This document shows positions 31,600-32,596 of a DNA stretch of 32,596 bases, piece by piece. Below the pieces are notes generated by a model, which had not been told where the DNA came from, did no database searches, and was given only the letters and a program-made list of their open reading frames with translations. Position numbers and translations under genes: made by a program. The number at the start of each line of letters is the position of its first letter. The first letter of the stretch is position 1. Source of the stretch: Lentimicrobium sp. (GTDB lineage Bacteria > Bacteroidota > Bacteroidia > Flavobacteriales > Flavobacteriaceae); NCBI GenBank assembly GCA_022758945.1, contig JAEMQE010000062.1:1-32596 (forward strand), read 5' to 3'.

Positions 31600-32433
31600 T
31601 TACTTTTCCAATAGTAAAATTGCATTAGAAACAAGTCTTTCCCCTTCTTTATCACTGGGAAAATTTACAATTCCTTTGTTTTTAATCCACATTGTTGTAG
31701 AACCTCCTCCGTCTAAATTTATCGCATCATAACAGCCTAAATTCATAAGATATTTTTGCGTTTCAATTAAACTCATTCCTGCGGCTTGTTCTGATCTGCC
31801 ATCAATAGTGACAAAAATCACGGATTCTTTAGTAATACACAAACAAGTTCTGGGATGACGTTTGAATGTAAACTCCATTTTAGGTAATTTTTGTAATTTT
31901 GAATGGTAAATCAGCAAAGGTCCGGTCACTAAAACCGCGGCTTCTTTTTTTGATTCCTCATAAAACTGGCTGGTTCTGGCAGGCTCAATTATTATTTTAT
32001 GATTTTTGGCCAACAGAATTACGCCGTTTGTCAAACTATCAGGAACTGCCCATTTGATTTTGTCAGGTCTTTTTTGACTAATAACGGAATCATTCAGTTC
32101 AAAATAAGTTACGCTTCCCCCGTGATCTCTATCGAAAAAACCTCCGTTAATGGCAGCAACAGCATTGTTTGTCTGTGCAATTTCACTTGTTTTAACTAAT
32201 TTGGGTTGGCTATTGCCAATAGCGATTTTATATTGTTTAAAGGATTTGTTGGGCAATACCAATTGATTTATGTTTTGCTTACTTTTAAATAAAGTATCCG
32301 TTTTAATTTGAACAGAATAGAAAGAATCCTTAGCTGTTTTTTGTGACTGATTGGGTGAATTACGAAAGGAGGAACAGCCATTGATAAAAATCAGCAGGAG
32401 GAAAAAAGGGAGTAAATAAAATGACTTTTTCAT
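31600..32433 (-). CDS. Phosphodiester glycosidase (NAGPA/DUF2233-like) family lipoprotein
   Basis: Lipobox-like INGC, AAINGGFF, HPRT, IDGRS, AINLDGGGST. Confidence 0.88.
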   Translation of the reverse strand: MKKSFYLLPFFLLLIFINGCSSFRNSPNQSQKTAKDSFYSVQIKTDTLFKSKQNINQLVLPNKSFKQYKIAIGNSQPKLVKTSEIAQTNNAVAAINGGFFDRDHGGSVTYFELNDSVISQKRPDKIKWAVPDSLTNGVILLAKNHKIIIEPARTSQFYEESKKEAAVLVTGPLLIYHSKLQKLPKMEFTFKRHPRTCLCITKESVIFVTIDGRSEQAAGMSLIETQKYLMNLGCYDAINLDGGGSTTMWIKNKGIVNFPSDKEGERLVSNAILLLEK

Positions 32434-32445
32434 CTTTTTTTACTT

Positions 32446-32596
32446 TTAAATGGAAATTTTAGGAGGTGGCGGTGGTGGCGGCAAAATAAATTTTAAATCT
32501 CCAAAATTTATAATTTGTTTTGTTGGGATAAATTTTAGTTTAGTTTTAAATTTTCCCAATGAATCTATAAAATCATAAAGTTCCTCAGGAGCTTTA
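32446..32596 (-). CDS. 3' end of a hypothetical protein with a poly-Pro tail (5' part outside window)
   Basis: Open frame from the right edge: KAPEELYDFIDSLGKFKTKLKFIPTKQIINFGDLKFILPPPPPPPKISI-stop, ending 12 nt before the next ATG. Confidence 0.7.
   Translation of the reverse strand, partial: KAPEELYDFIDSLGKFKTKLKFIPTKQIINFGDLKFILPPPPPPPKISI

Noticed and set aside
6928-32199. Many 60-134 aa ORFs overlapping ribosomal genes, carA, surA, aconitase and others
   Set aside because: They overlap well-supported genes in other frames or antisense and have no recognisable motifs.
32461-32482. G-rich trinucleotide run
   Set aside because: Encodes a seven-proline tract with mixed codons on the minus strand.

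Overview
AT-rich Bacteroidota DNA, very probably Flavobacterium: TTG/TAnnTTTG promoters, A-rich translation starts without Shine-Dalgarno motifs, a SusC gene and a mitochondrial-type aconitase. Most of the window (5929-23104) is the ordinary str-S10-spc-alpha ribosomal protein superoperon. It is followed by carA, a SurA-like PPIase, a MoxR ATPase, aconitase, a LysM/NlpC-P60 hydrolase and a phosphodiester glycosidase lipoprotein. The unusual part is 2853-5659. An Omp85 (BamA/TamA-like) gene has its last 129 codons present twice, 1040 bp apart with no indels. By hand count the copies are about 85% identical, rising to a 53-bp perfect block at the junction. Between them lie a YefM/YoeB toxin-antitoxin pair with its own operator and a perfect 21-bp inverted repeat placed at the homology boundary, and there is no integrase. 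This looks like a TA-guarded 3'-end replacement cassette. The same gene carries an in-frame GC-rich palindromic insert sharing the TCCCGATAG core with the junction hairpin. The four long spacers of the ribosomal operon each hold an RNA hairpin, upstream of rpsG, rplC, rpsH and rpsD. All alignments and folds were done by eye; no database search was run.
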